From NCBI GenBank assembly GCA_009602735.1, contig WELA01003365.1, positions 195,384-259,383 of the forward strand: 64,000 nucleotides of DNA. Reading direction: 5' to 3'. Of the stretch, positions 51,622 through 64,000 are shown piece after piece; position 1 is the first letter of the stretch; every line of letters starts with the position of its first letter. The stretch comes from Mesotaenium endlicherianum (lineage: Eukaryota). Position numbers and translations under genes: made by a program. The notes under the pieces were generated by a model. The model saw only the letters and a program-made list of their open reading frames with translations. It was not told where the DNA came from and ran no database searches.

Positions 51622-54600
51622 GAGGATGCTAGAGATAGTGAGTCGTCACTAGCTGCCCTCGTAGCAGGTATTATGGGTCCTGCTGAACTGGATTCACTAT
51701 GCATGCCTGACAAACAGATAAAGGAGACCATCAGTAATATAGACGTCCAGAGAGTGCACACTCTGGATGCTCTTGTTCCACCTGATGTCCAACATTTCTT
51801 TGCTACGTCAGGAGAACAATGCGAAAGTCAGGAAAAGACAGTCCCCCCTATCCTACTGCATTGCATGATTGCAGGTAGGAAGGTGAGGGCATTTGTTGAC
51901 GGAGGGGCGTCACATACTTTTATTCACAAGGACTTAGTTAAGCGGCTAAGGCTGCCTACTGTCACCCAAGGGAATAGAAAAATATTCCTTGGAGATGCCT
52001 CAAGTATCCCGGGAGGAGTTATAACCAAGCCTATTGAGGTCCAGTTAGGTTCTGGCATTGCAGTTCTAACTGAAACGCTTACATTTGAGGTACTCAACAC
52101 TGGCTTTTATGATCTCGTGCTAGGCAGGTCCTGGCTTAATAGACATCAAGCTGAAGTGTGTTGGAGCAGAGGTACAGTTAAAGTGAGAGGAGCCAGTGAT
52201 GGGCAGACTGACTTGGCACCCACCAGTGCTCTTCCTCTTGTCCTGTGTGGATGGCAAATGAAGGAAAAGAAGAGGCTTCCAGAAGGATGCAAGTTGCTGA
52301 ATGCAATGGAGTTCGTCAAAAGCTGGAACCAGAAGGAAGACAGAATGTTCTGTCTGCTGCTAAGAGAGGTACCTCCTCAACCTGAAGAAGTGGTTGAGAA
52401 AAAGGTAAGCCCTCCGGAGCACCCTACTGCTGCAAAAATTGTTGCTCAGTACACTGATGTGTTTAACATGCCTCCAGGACTACCCCCTAAAAGGGAAGTA
52501 GATCATAGGATTGATCTATTACCTGGTAGCCAGCCACCCTGGCAACGCACTTATGGCTTGTCTTATTTGGAGAGCGAGGAGTTGAAAACACAGATTGCAG
52601 AGCTGGAGGAAAATGGTTACATTTCTCCCAGTAAATCACCGTACGGCGCACCTATCCTATTTGTTAAGAAAAAGGATGGCAGTATGCGGATGTGTGTGGA
52701 TTACAGAGCCCTGAACAGAATTACAGTAAAGAACAAGTATGCTTTACCCAGAATCGAGGACTTGCTTGATACCCTGTCTGGCGCTAAGGTGTTCAGTAAG
52801 ATAGATCTCAAGAGTGGTTATCATCAAATCAGAATTGCTGAGGGGGATGAACACAAGACTGCTTTCCGCACACGTTATGGACACTATGAGTTCAACGTGA
52901 TGCCATTTGGACTGACTAATGCTCCTGCTACCTTTATGGGTGCTATGAATGACATTTTCAGACCTTATTTGGATAAGTTTGTGCAAGTTTTCCTGGATGA
53001 TATTTTAATTTTCTCTAAAGATGAAGCTCAGCACACTGAACACTTAAAGAAAGTGCTGGACACTCTGCGGAAAAATCACTTGTATGCTAAAATGAGCAAG
53101 TGTGATTTCTTTAAGGAAAGTATTGAATTCTTAGGCCACGTTGTCAGTAAAGAGGGCATCAGTGTGGATCCTAAGAAAGTCCAGACCATAAGGGACTGGC
53201 CAGTACCACAGTCTGTCTCTGAAGTTAGATCCTTCCTCGGGTTGGCTAACTACTATAGGAGATTTATTGAGAATTATTCCACAAAGGCCAGTAAACTGAC
53301 TGACCTTACTAAGAAAGACATCGGGTATGTGTGGGGGGAAGAGCAGCAGGCTGCCTTCCAGACCCTTAAAGATGCCCTTTGTTCTGCCCCAGTGCTAGCC
53401 GTGTATGACCCCAGCAAACCGGTGCAGGTGGTTACTGATGCCTCTGATTTTGCCATGGGTGCTATTTTGTTGCAGCCTGCTGACAAAACCACAAAGGATG
53501 GTAAGGTACGGCAGGAGTGGCATCCTGTGTTGTATGAGTCTATGAAATTTAATCCAGCGGAGATTAATTACTCAGTGCATGATAAAGAGCTGCTAGCTAT
53601 CATTCATGTACTCAAACAGTGGAGAGCATACTTACATGGTAAAGCTTTTAAGGTGATTACAGATCATCTAGCTCTGACCCACTTTCAGAAGAAGTCCAAG
53701 CTGTCGAGGAGGGAGAACCGCTGGAGCCAGATGCTGGAGCAGTTCCAAGTCCAGATCGACTACAAACCAGGGAAGTTGAATCCTGCTGATGCACTCTCTA
53801 GAAGACCTGACTTGCAAGAAAGGAACTTTAGTCAGCATGCTGTAGATAAAGTCCTGTGTGCACTCACTTCACTAAAGGTGAAAAAGTCCTTCCTTGAACA
53901 ACTTAGGAAAGCCTACCTTTCTGACCCAACATTTGAGCCCAGCCCCACTACTGGTGTGTGTCGTGCTACTGCACTCGGGTATAAGCTCAAGGGAGGGGTC
54001 TGGGTGACTGAAACCACTTCAGGCAGGCTGAAGCTGGTCATTCCTAATAACTTGGAAATAAGGTCTCTCTTACTGAGTCAAGCTCATGACAGTCTCCTGG
54101 GTGGACATTTGGGGCAGGCCAAAACTGTTGGCAAACTGGCAAAACATTATCATTGGGAGGGGTTACCCCGGGAGGTCTTGAAATATGTCAAGTCCTGTGA
54201 CCAGTGTCAGAGAAATAAGTCTCGGCACACACCACCCGGAGGTCTCTTGCAACCGCTACCCATCCCAGCGGGACGCTGGGAAACTATATCCATGGACTGG
54301 GTGGTCTCACTACCAAGAACTGCCAACGGGCATGATTCAATACTGGTAGTCGTGGATAAACTGACAAAAATGGTCATTTTTATCCCCACAACTGTCAAAG
54401 TGACTGCACTCGAAACAGCGAGACAGTTTTACAACCATGTAGTATGCCAACATGGGCTCCCTTCTAATATCATCTCAGACAGAGACTCCAAATTCACCTC
54501 TAAGTTTTGGAGAGCTTTAATGGGGTTAATGGGAGTCAAACAGCTGCTCAGCACAGCAAACCACCCTCAGACTGATGGGCAGACTGAAAGAACTAACCGA

Positions 54601-55390
54601 GTTCTGCAGGAGGTGCTGAGAGCATATATTAACCAAAAACAAGATAATTGGGATGACCTGTTGCCTCAAATTCAGTTTGCGGTCAACAGTGCGGTGCACG
54701 CGTCAACGGGCAAGACTCCTTTTGAATTAGCCAAGGTAGAGTTCCTAAGTCTCCTTCAGATGTACTGGAGGAGTCTTTAACTTGCCCTGAAGGGATTGAC
54801 AACCCGGTCTCCCTCCAGTTAACTCAGGAGTTTGCTGACACCCTGTCAGAAGTCCAACCAAACTTACACACGGCCCAAGAAAACCAACAAAAAATACGCT
54901 AATCAACACCGTCGGGAACTGACATTTTCCAAGGGGGCTTTAGTCAAACTGAATTCTCAGCACCTGTACCTCCCTGGTGTGGTCAAGAAAAAGCTTGGCC
55001 CTGTCTGGGTCGGTCCATATTCGGTGGTCCGTCGTGTCGGTCAGAATGCTTACAAATTGAACATGTCAGCTGAATACAAGGGGGCACCCGGTCTTTAATG
55101 TCTCCTTCCTGGAACCATACATCGAAGGTGATACACTGTTCACAGGTCGGTTCCTTGTCCAACCGGGACCAGTCCCCACTGTCCGGGACGGCGACCCTGA
55201 GGAATATGAGGTCGATGAGATTTTAGACGCTCGCTCTGTCCGTCGATCGTCTAAATATGTCATGAAATACCTCATTCGATGGAAGGGTTACGATGCCTCT
55301 GGGGACACTTGGGAGTTTAAGGACCACTTGACCAATGCCAGAGGGGCGTTGACACGGTTCCACCTTTGGGCCGCTGGAGTCCCTCCATAA
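51580..55390 (+). pseudogene. pol: A4 pol, intact to ~54730 then frameshifted in the integrase tail
   Basis: 1035-aa ORF identical to A3 up to TGKTPFEL, followed by indels. Confidence 0.93.
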
Positions 55391-55671
55391 CTGTCATTTC
55401 AGTTGACACGGGAAGGTGACAGGCGGTCCTGTCTCCATTTAAGTTGGAGGGGAAAATATATGACAGTTAGTGAGCGAGAGCGATAAAAGAACAGTTACGT
55501 GAACCCTAAGTGTCAACATAGTGACAGAGGGGACAGCCTCGCCCACATAACGCACCTTGAGGAAAAAGGGCCTCGCATAACACTACATCACTTAACTCAC
55601 CCTAAAACACACTCATACGTTTATGTGTAGCGCATGGCAACTACGTCAACTCTTAGCAATCATCCTGTAAG

Positions 55672-55773
55672 GTAAACAGCAGCGAAGCCACTATACTAAT
55701 ACTAACATACTTCCTGCAATCCCTATGACAAAGGTCCATATCCTACTAACTTGTGCCCTGGTTACATGTGCAG
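55672..55773 (+). other. Putative 5'-UTR intron of ORF3 (type II)
   Basis: Donor AAG|GTAAAC, branch point TACTAAC at 55744-55750, acceptor TGCAG|GATG. Confidence 0.7.
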
Positions 55774-55774
55774 G

Positions 55775-57451
55775 ATGGCGCCCACCACACAAAAGGAGGA
55801 CAGAAAGCGCAAGGCAGAAGAAGCCAGGAGGACAATGGAGCAATACCAGAAGGAGCTGGCGGCGACGTCCCTCACCAGGAGAGAACAAGAAAGGGTCCGC
55901 AAACAACAAGAGGCGGCAGAAGAGGCACAGAGGAAGAAGGATCAGGAAGCGGAAAACCTCAGGAAGGCTGAGGAGGAGAGACAGAAGAAACAGCAAGAAG
56001 AAGCGGCAGCGGCAGAAGAGGAGAAAAGACAAAAGATCGAAGCGGACAGACAGAAGAGCTTGGCCACTTACAGGTATACTGTGGTGGGTGGCCAAAACTT
56101 CGATAACCTGAAGGAAGCATTGCTGGCAGCCCAGGAGATCAACAGGCTGGAACAGACAACACTGCTACAGAAGGAAGGAGCTACAGCACTGGACAGGTAC
56201 ATCGAGACACACACCGGCGTGGTCCTTTACGAAGATTATGCTAAGATGGTGGGCTATACAGCAGAGCAGGCCCGGTATCTCGCAGATGATTCAGAGGACA
56301 AGCCGGTCCCCATACCGGGAATAGTGGGAGATCAGAGACTCATCCGGATGGTGAGCATGCGGCCCGATAGCTTTAAGGATACGGTATTCTACCTCACACT
56401 CCTGCCAGCTTACAATGAAGTTGAGAGAAGGAGCTGGGAGTACTTGGCCAGGGAAGCAGGACAGCAGATGTTCTCTCCCCACTGGTTCCCGTGTAAACTG
56501 AGGAAGGCTGAGCACGGACCCCAGTACTACCAGCAGCCAACAGACTGGAGGTGGATGACCGTCACAAATAAGAAGCAGGAGTGTGACCGAGCCCAACCGG
56601 ATGACTTCCACTATGGCCTAGACGGCTATCTCATCCTACCACCTCACATTGCCCCTTGGGACCCCAGGCTGAATGGATGCCTGAGCAATATGAATGCAGA
56701 GACCAAGGAACATAGGAGGAGGGGAAGAGAGTACTTCTCTAAGGGAAAGCATGCCTTTGTCAAATGGGCAAAGAATGCAGGCCGGATAGATATCAGTAGG
56801 CTGAAGGCCAAGCAACCTCCAGCGCGCCCTAAGAAAGGGAGGTCGGTAGACTACTCCATGTCTACTAGGGAGCAGGACGACTTAGTGGACGAGACCCCTA
56901 CTCTCTCCGAGGAGGAGGATGAGGAGGATGAGGAAGAAGAACAAGGCAGAGGAGAAGCATCAGCAGCAGGTACTCAGGATACCTAGGGACAGGCAGTGGC
57001 ACTTCCTAAAGAACCACGATCAGGTGTGTGGAATGTGACCCCCGTTATGGCGACAACTGGACCCCGCGCTCGCTCCCCCAGCCCACCTGCCCAAGCAGGG
57101 GAAGAAGCTGATCTGACGGTACTGGGCAGCAGACACAGACAGAAATCCCCAGAGGACAGGGGTGCCAGAAGAGGGACACGCGGGTGGGCCAGAGGTATGC
57201 CAGCCTCCCCCTCCGCTCAGGGGCATGTACCTCTAGCCAATGTATTTCAGCATCCTACTGGAATGCCTGTCTATGTGGGAATCAACACCCAAATAGTTGA
57301 AGAGCAGGCCACCATCCTCCGTTCTCCCCGAGGGCCAACTTTAGAGCAAACAGGGTTCTTTAGAAGGCCAGCTGACAGACCTAGAGGGCTGTCCAGATCT
57401 AGGTCCAGATCTCCGTCTCCTGACCCTGAAGCCCCAGGAACAACCCCTTAA
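55775..57451 (+). pseudogene. A4 accessory ORF3, type II (558 aa, single CAG>TAG stop at 56984-56986)
   Basis: The 411-aa and 151-aa ORFs are in one frame; A3 has CAG at this codon. Confidence 0.9.
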
Positions 57452-58853
57452 GGTGACACGCTGAAGAGGCAGTCAGTGAGGGAGGCTGGTCAGGTTCAGT
57501 TCCCTTATTTAATATTTCAGTAGTTTAATGTTGTCGAGGCGACAACAAGTTAAGTTGGAGGGATTGTAATGAATCAGTATATTAGTTGATATAATATTCA
57601 TTTAAATATAATAGTTAATTAAGTTGAGCCTGCTGAACTTTAGTTAATAGTCAGTCTGCTGGACTTTACATAATTATCAGTTTGCAAACTCAGTCGAAAG
57701 CAGCAGGTTGAAAGTCCATATAAGTCAGCTTGCTGACACATTCTTTGACAGCAAGCTGACTTCCGTACTCGGTAGCAGCAAACTGCCTTGATATGCATCT
57801 AAGTGCAATTTGCTAGATGAATAGATAGATGACATCCCTATGATGGATGGCTATTCGGAATGATGGGAGATGGCGGTGGATTTGGTTAACCGAGGTCCTA
57901 CCAACGTGGTTAACTCACGGGTAGTCGGTGCCATCGCACTGACCGTTGAACAGTAAACTCATTCCATGTACATATGCTAGGCATTGCCCTCGAGTTCGGC
58001 ATTCGGAAACGAGGCCAACTCTCTTGTACAGCTTACTGAGAGAGATCTAAATCCAAGGCGAAAAGCCATTGATACGTACTGTCTTCTAACCTTGCTTATG
58101 TATGAGTTTATCGATTTGCATTATTGATGCTAGTTTACTCTCATTTGACTGACGAGTATTATTCACTGCTAGTGCGTTGTCCTTTTGCCGTTAAAACAGT
58201 TAACGGAAAGTACCATAAAGATTACTTGCTGATATAAAGATCTTTATTAATTGTTGATCGCCTACTTGGTAAGTCGATTCATTTCACCAGCTGACTTCCG
58301 TACTCGGTAGCAGCAAACTGCCTCGATATGCATTTAAGTGTGGTATGCTAGATGAATGGCCAGATGACATCCCTATGATGGATGGCGATTCGGGATGATG
58401 GGAGATGGCGGTGGATTTGGTTAACCGAGGTCCTACCAACGTGGTTAACTCCCGGGTAGGCGGTGCCATCGCACTGGCCGTTGAACAGTAAACTCATTCC
58501 ATGTACATATGCTAGGCATTGCTCTCGAGTTCGGCATTCGGAAACGAGGCCAACTCTCTTGAACAGCTTACTAAGAGAGAGCTGAATCCAAGGCGAGAAG
58601 CCATTGATACGCACTGTCTTCTAACCTTGCTTATGTATGAGTTTACTGATTTGCATCATAGATGCTAGTTTACTCGCATTTGACTTACGAGTATTATTCA
58701 CTGCTAGTGGATTGTCCTTTGCCGTTTAACCAGTTAACGGAAATACCATAAAGATTACTTGCTGATATAAAGATCTTTATTAAGTGTTAATCGCCTATTT
58801 GGTAAGTGGATTCATTTCAGTGGTATCGGAGCCGTTATCATAGTCTTCTTTGT

Positions 58854-61800
58854 ATGGTAAGGACAAGGTCTCAAACTAGCAACTCCCGAGATATGGAGAA
58901 CCAGGATAACGAGAATGTCAAAAACCAGGCGGAAAGCCATGTAGCGGGAAACCGTACCTATTCGGAAGCAGTAGCGGATACTGCAGCTAGGGAGGCTGCA
59001 GATGAGGCAGCTGCTATTGCCTCAGTCGCAGCTCAGCAAGCTGAGGAGGAGATAGCCAGACTAGAAGCTGAACAAGTAGCAAAGGCCGCTGAAGATATAC
59101 AAAGGAGGGAAGGACAGCCAGCTGACGAGCGCACTGTTGAAGAACTTATGGCATCAAGGGCCAATGTTCTGAACCCACCTCCTGCCGTACAACTCAATGT
59201 ACCCCTAGGTCAAATACGTGACCGGCTGAATGCGGCAGGAATTGCTGCTGCAGGAGCAAGAGGGATTGTTGAGGACACTACTCAGCGAGTAGATGCCAAT
59301 GCTGCTGCTGCATTTGCTAATCTACCACCCCAAAGTGTAGACTTGGGAGCAGTGTTCGTTCAGATGCAGTCGCAAATGGCGACCATGTATCAGCCCCGAC
59401 AGGAGGACAAACGAATCATAATGTCCCTACTGCGGGACAGAGACCAACTGGGGTCTCACACCACTAGTGGTGGTGGCCGAGGGCCTAGTACGCCCAAGCC
59501 GAAACCCCCCCAGGACTATGATCTTGAGGGAAACAGAAAATATTACCTGATCAAGTTTCTCGCGGATGTTGAGCATGATGAAGCAGCCAGATTTGCCAGA
59601 ACGGTATAGGATAGCATACTTCAGGTATGGCTTGACCTCCGAGGTCTCTGGTCATTTTGCTGAGAAAAAGTATGAGAAACTGGCTGACTTGATCCAGGAT
59701 GCTGACGCCTGGGATCAGCAGCAGTTCAATCACAAGCGCCAGAGTAACGCTTTGGTGTCTAAGATTGTCAAAAAGCCCCACGGTTCCTACAATGCAATTG
59801 AAGGAGACCAGGCTGAGGATAATCAGGGTGATGAATATGAGTATGAGTACAATGCTATTCAGTCTAGAGGTAGAGGTGGTCCCTCTCGAGGTGGCTATGG
59901 AAGGGGTGGTGGTAGGACTAAGCCGAGACCAGCCTCAGCAAAATCTACTTGCTACCATTGTCAGCAGAAAGGCCACTACAGAGAACAGTGTCCGGTCAAG
60001 CACCTGCCTAAGGTCGAGAGAAAAGACCAGCCTTTAAAAGACAGCAACAGTCAGTAATCCAGTCTACTGACTGTGAGGATGCTAGAGATAGTGAGTCGTC
60101 ACTAGCTGCCCTCGTAGCAGGTATTATGGGTCCTGCTGAACTGGATTCACTATGCATGCCTGACAACCAGATAAAGGAGACCATCAGCAATATAGACGTC
60201 CAGAGAGTGCACACTCTGGATGCTCTTGTTCCACCTGATGTCCAACATTTCTTTGCTACGTCAGGAGAACAATGCGAAAGTCAGGAAAAGACAGTCCCCC
60301 CTATCCTACTGCATTGCATGATTGCAGGTAGGAAGGTGAGGGCATTTGTTGACGGAGGGGCGTCACATACTTTTATCCACAAGGACTTAGTTAAGCGGCT
60401 AAGGCTGCCTACTGTCACCCAAGGGAATAGAAAAATATTCCTTGGAGATGCCTCAAGTATCCCGGGAGGAGTTATAACCAAGCCTATTGAGGTCCAGTTA
60501 GGTTCTGGCATTGCAGTTCTAACTGAAACGCTTACATTTGAGGTACTCAACACTGGCTTTTATGATCTCGTGCTAGGCAGGTCCTGGCTTAATAGACATC
60601 AAGCTGAAGTGTGTTGGAGCAGAGGTACAGTTAAAGTGAGAGGAGCCAGTGATGGGCAGACTGACTTGGCACCCACCAGTGCTCTTCCTCTTGTCCTGTG
60701 TGGATGGCAAATGAAGGAAAAGAAGAGGCTTCCAGAAGGATGCAAGTTGCTGAATGCAATGGAGTTCGTCAAAAGCTGGAACCAGAAGGAAGACAGAATG
60801 TTCTGTCTGCTGCTAAGAGAGGTACCTCCTCAACCTGAAGAAGTGGTTGAGAAAAAGATAAGCCCTCCGAAGCACCCTACTGCTGCAAAAATTGTTGCTC
60901 AGTACACGGATGTATTTAATATGCCTCCAGGACTACCCCCTAAGAGGGAAGTAGATCATAGGATTGATCTATTACCTGGGTGTCAGCCACCTTGGAAACG
61001 CACGTATGGCTTGTCTTATGTGGAGAGCGAGGAGTTGAAAACACAAATTCAGAGCTTGAGGAAAATGGTTATATTTCTCCAAGTAAATCACCTTACGGCG
61101 CACCCATCCTATTTGTTAAGAAAAAGGATGGCAGTATGCGGATGTGTGTGGATTACAGAGCCCTGAACAGAATTACAGTAAAGAACAAGTATGCTTTACC
61201 TAGGATCGAAGACTTGCTTGATACCCTGTCCGGTGCTAAGGTGTTCAGTAAGATAGATCTCAAGAGTGTTTATCATCAAATCAGAATTGCTGAGGGGGAT
61301 GAACACAAGACTGCCTTCCGCACACGTTATGGACACTATGAGTTCAACGTGATGCCATTTGGACTGACTAATGCTCCTGCTACCTTCATGGGTGCTATGA
61401 ATGACATTTTCAGACCTTATTTGGATAAGTTTGTGCAAGTTTTCCTGGATGATATTTTAATTTTCTCTAAAGATGAAGCTCAGCACACTGAACACTTAAA
61501 GACAGTCCTGGACACTCTGCGGAAAAATCACTTATATGCTAAAATGAGCAAGTGTGATTTCTTTAAGGAAAGTATTGAATTCTTAGGCCACGTTGTCAGT
61601 AAAGAGGGCATCAGTGTGGATCCTAAGAAAGTCCAGACCATAAGGGACTGGCCAGTACCACAGTCTGTCTCTGAAGTTAGATCCTTCCTCGGGTTGGCTA
61701 ACTACTATAGGAGATTTATTGAGAATTATTCCACAAAGGCCAGTAAACTGACTGACCTTACTAAGAAAGACATCGGGTATGTGTGGGGGGAAGAGCAGCA

Positions 61801-63854
61801 GGCTGCCTTCCAGACCCTTAAAGATGCCCTTTGTTCTGCCCCAGTGCTAGCCGTGTATGACCCCAGCAAACCGGTGCAGGTGGTTACTGATGCCTCTGAC
61901 TTTGCCATGGGTGCTATTTTGTTGCAGCCTGCTGACAAAACCGCAAAGGATGGAAAGGTACGGCAGGAGTGGCATCCTGTGTTGTATGAGTCTATGAAAT
62001 TTACTCCAGCGGAGATTAATTACTCAGTGCATGATAAAGAGCTGCTAGCTATCATTCATGTACTCAAACAGTGGAGAGCATACTTACATGGTAAAGCTTT
62101 TAAGGTGATTACAGATCATCTAGCTCTGACTCACTTTCAGAAGAAATCCAAGCTGTCGAGGAGGGAGAACCGCTGGAGCCAGATGCTGGAGCAGTTCCAA
62201 GTCCAGATCGACTACAAACCAGGGAAGTTGAATCCTGCTGATGCACTCTCTAGAAGACCTGACTTGCAAGAAAGGAACTTTAGTCAGCATGCTGTAGATA
62301 AATTCCTGTGTGCACTCACTTCAGTAAAGGTGAAAAAGTCCTTCCTAGAACAACTTAGCAAAGCCTACCTTTCTGACCCAACATTTGAGCCCAGCCCCAC
62401 TACTGGTGTGTGTCGTGCTACTGCACTCGGGTATAAGCTTAAGGGAGGGGTCTGGGTGACTGAAACCACTTCAGGCAGGCTGAAGCTGGTCATTCCTAAT
62501 AACTTGGAAATAAGGTGTCTCTTATTGAGTCAAGCTCACGACAGTCTCCTGGGTGGACATTCGGGGCAGGCCAAAACTGTTGGCAAACTGGCAAAACATN
62601 TTGGCAAAACATTATCATAGGGAGGGGTTACCCCGGGAGGTCTTGAAATATGTCAAGTCCAATGACCAGTGTCAAAGAAATAAGTCTCGGTACACACCGC
62701 CAGGAGGTCTCTTGCAACCACTGCCCATCCCAGCTGGACGCTGGAAAACTATATGCATTGACTGGGTGGTCTCACTACCAAGAACTGCCAACGGGCATGA
62801 TTCAATACTGGTAGTCGTTGATAAACTGACAAAAATGGTCATTTTTATCCCCACAACTGTCAAAGTGACTGCCCTCGAAACAGCGAGACAGTTTTACAAC
62901 TATGTAGTATGCCAACATGGGCTCCATTCTAATATCATCTCAGACAGAGACTCGAAATTCACCTCTAAGTTCTGAAGGCTTTAATGGGGTTAATGGGAGT
63001 CAAACAGATGCTCAGCACAGCAAACCACCCTCAGACTGATGGGCAGACTGGAACAACTAACCGAGTTTTGCAGGAGGTGCTGAGAGCATATATTAACCAA
63101 AAACAAGATAATTAGGATGACCTGTTGCCTCAAACTCGGTTTGCGGTCAACAGTGCGGTGCACGCGTCAACGGGCAAGACTCCTTTTGAACTCAGCCTGT
63201 GTTGAGTCCCTAAGTCTCCTTTAGATGTGCTAGGGGAATCTTTAACTCACCCTGAAGGGATTGACAACCCGGTCTCCCTCCAGTTAACTCAGGAGTTTGC
63301 TGATACCCTGTCAGAAGTCCAATGAATCTTACACAAGGTCCAAGAAAACCAACAAAAATACGCTAATCAACACCGTCGGGAACTGACATTTTCCAAGGGG
63401 GATTTAGTCAAACTGCATTTCTCAGCACCTGTACCTCCCTAGTGTGGTCAAGAAAAAGCTTGGCCCTGTCTGGATCGGTCCATATTCGGTGGTCCGTCGT
63501 GTCGGTCAGAATGCTTCCAAACTGAACATGTCAGCTGACTACAAGGATCACCCGGTCTTTAATGTCTCCTTCCTGGAACCATACATCAAAGGTGATACGC
63601 TGTTCGAAGGTCGGTTACCTGTCCAACCGGGACCGGTCCCCGCTGTCCGGGACGGCGATCCTGAGGAGTATGAGGTCGATGAGATTTTAGAAGCTCGCTC
63701 GGTCCGTCGATCGTCTAAATATGTCATGAAGTACCTCATCCGATGGAACGGTTACGATGCCTCTGGGGACACTTAAGAATTTAAAGATCAGTTGACCAAT
63801 GCCAAAGGGGCGTTGAAACGATTCCACCTTCGGGCGGCTGGGGCACCTCCCTAA
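58854..63854 (+). pseudogene. A5 gag-pol (~275-bp gag deletion at ~59575, frameshifts, stops)
   Basis: Fragments are colinear with A3/A4 gag and pol. Confidence 0.93.
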
Positions 63855-64000
63855 CAGTCATTTCAGTTGACACGGGAAGGTGACAGGATGTCCTGTCTCC
63901 ATATAAGTTGGAGGGAGATATGACAGTTAGTGACAGTTGTGACAGGCAGCCCACCTTTAAATTTAAGTTGGAGGGAGTGGTAGTCTTTGATCACCATATT

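Larger units (their letters stand above)
49372..58286 (+). mobile_element. Family A copy A4 (ORF3 type II), inserted in the 5' LTR of A5
   Basis: LTRs at 49372-50091 and 57565-58286. Perfect TSD ccagc at 49367-49371 and 58287-58291. PBS at 50093-50104; PPT at 57552-57564. Confidence 0.96.
49180..64000 (+). mobile_element. Family A copy A5 (5' LTR split by A4; runs off the window end; type I post-pol region)
   Basis: 5' LTR = 49180-49371 plus 58292-58819. PBS at 58821-58832. Degenerate gag-pol to 63854. Confidence 0.92.

Noticed and set aside
51604..51627. Pseudoknot (loop atcc with downstream ggat) at the family A frameshift site
   Set aside because: Only 4 bp, with a 2-nt connector that is too short to span a 10-bp stem; a simple hairpin is sufficient.
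55775..57451. ORF3 as an envelope gene
   Set aside because: The position is env-like, but there is no signal peptide, transmembrane segment or hydrophobic fusion stretch, and the protein is highly charged.

Overview
Eukaryotic genomic DNA with GT-AG introns, probably a streptophyte alga or non-seed plant (inferred from plant-type host genes). The first ~8 kb holds three host genes: a REF/SRPP (LDAP)-like gene, an uncharacterised minus-strand gene and a secreted single-FAS1-domain gene. From ~10.6 kb to the end is a nested cluster of Ty3/gypsy chromoviral LTR retrotransposons. It contains five copies of one family (A1-A5, ~8.9 kb, ~720-750 bp LTRs), an apparently intact element of a second family (B) inside the A1 gag, and a deleted third-family element (C) that hosts A1. 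There is also an integrase relic (D) and a decayed ORF resembling DIRS/Ngaro-type ORF1. The most interesting feature is a third, sense-strand gene (ORF3, ~560 aa) that family A carries between pol and the 3' LTR. It has no env-like membrane segment and no domain I recognise. It has its own ~100-nt 5'-UTR intron (precisely absent in copy A2), exists as two strongly diverged types on near-identical gag-pol backbones, and is bracketed by duplicated polypurine tracts. Families A and B both show -1 frameshift signals at the gag/pol junction. All homology calls are from visual motif recognition; no searches were run.
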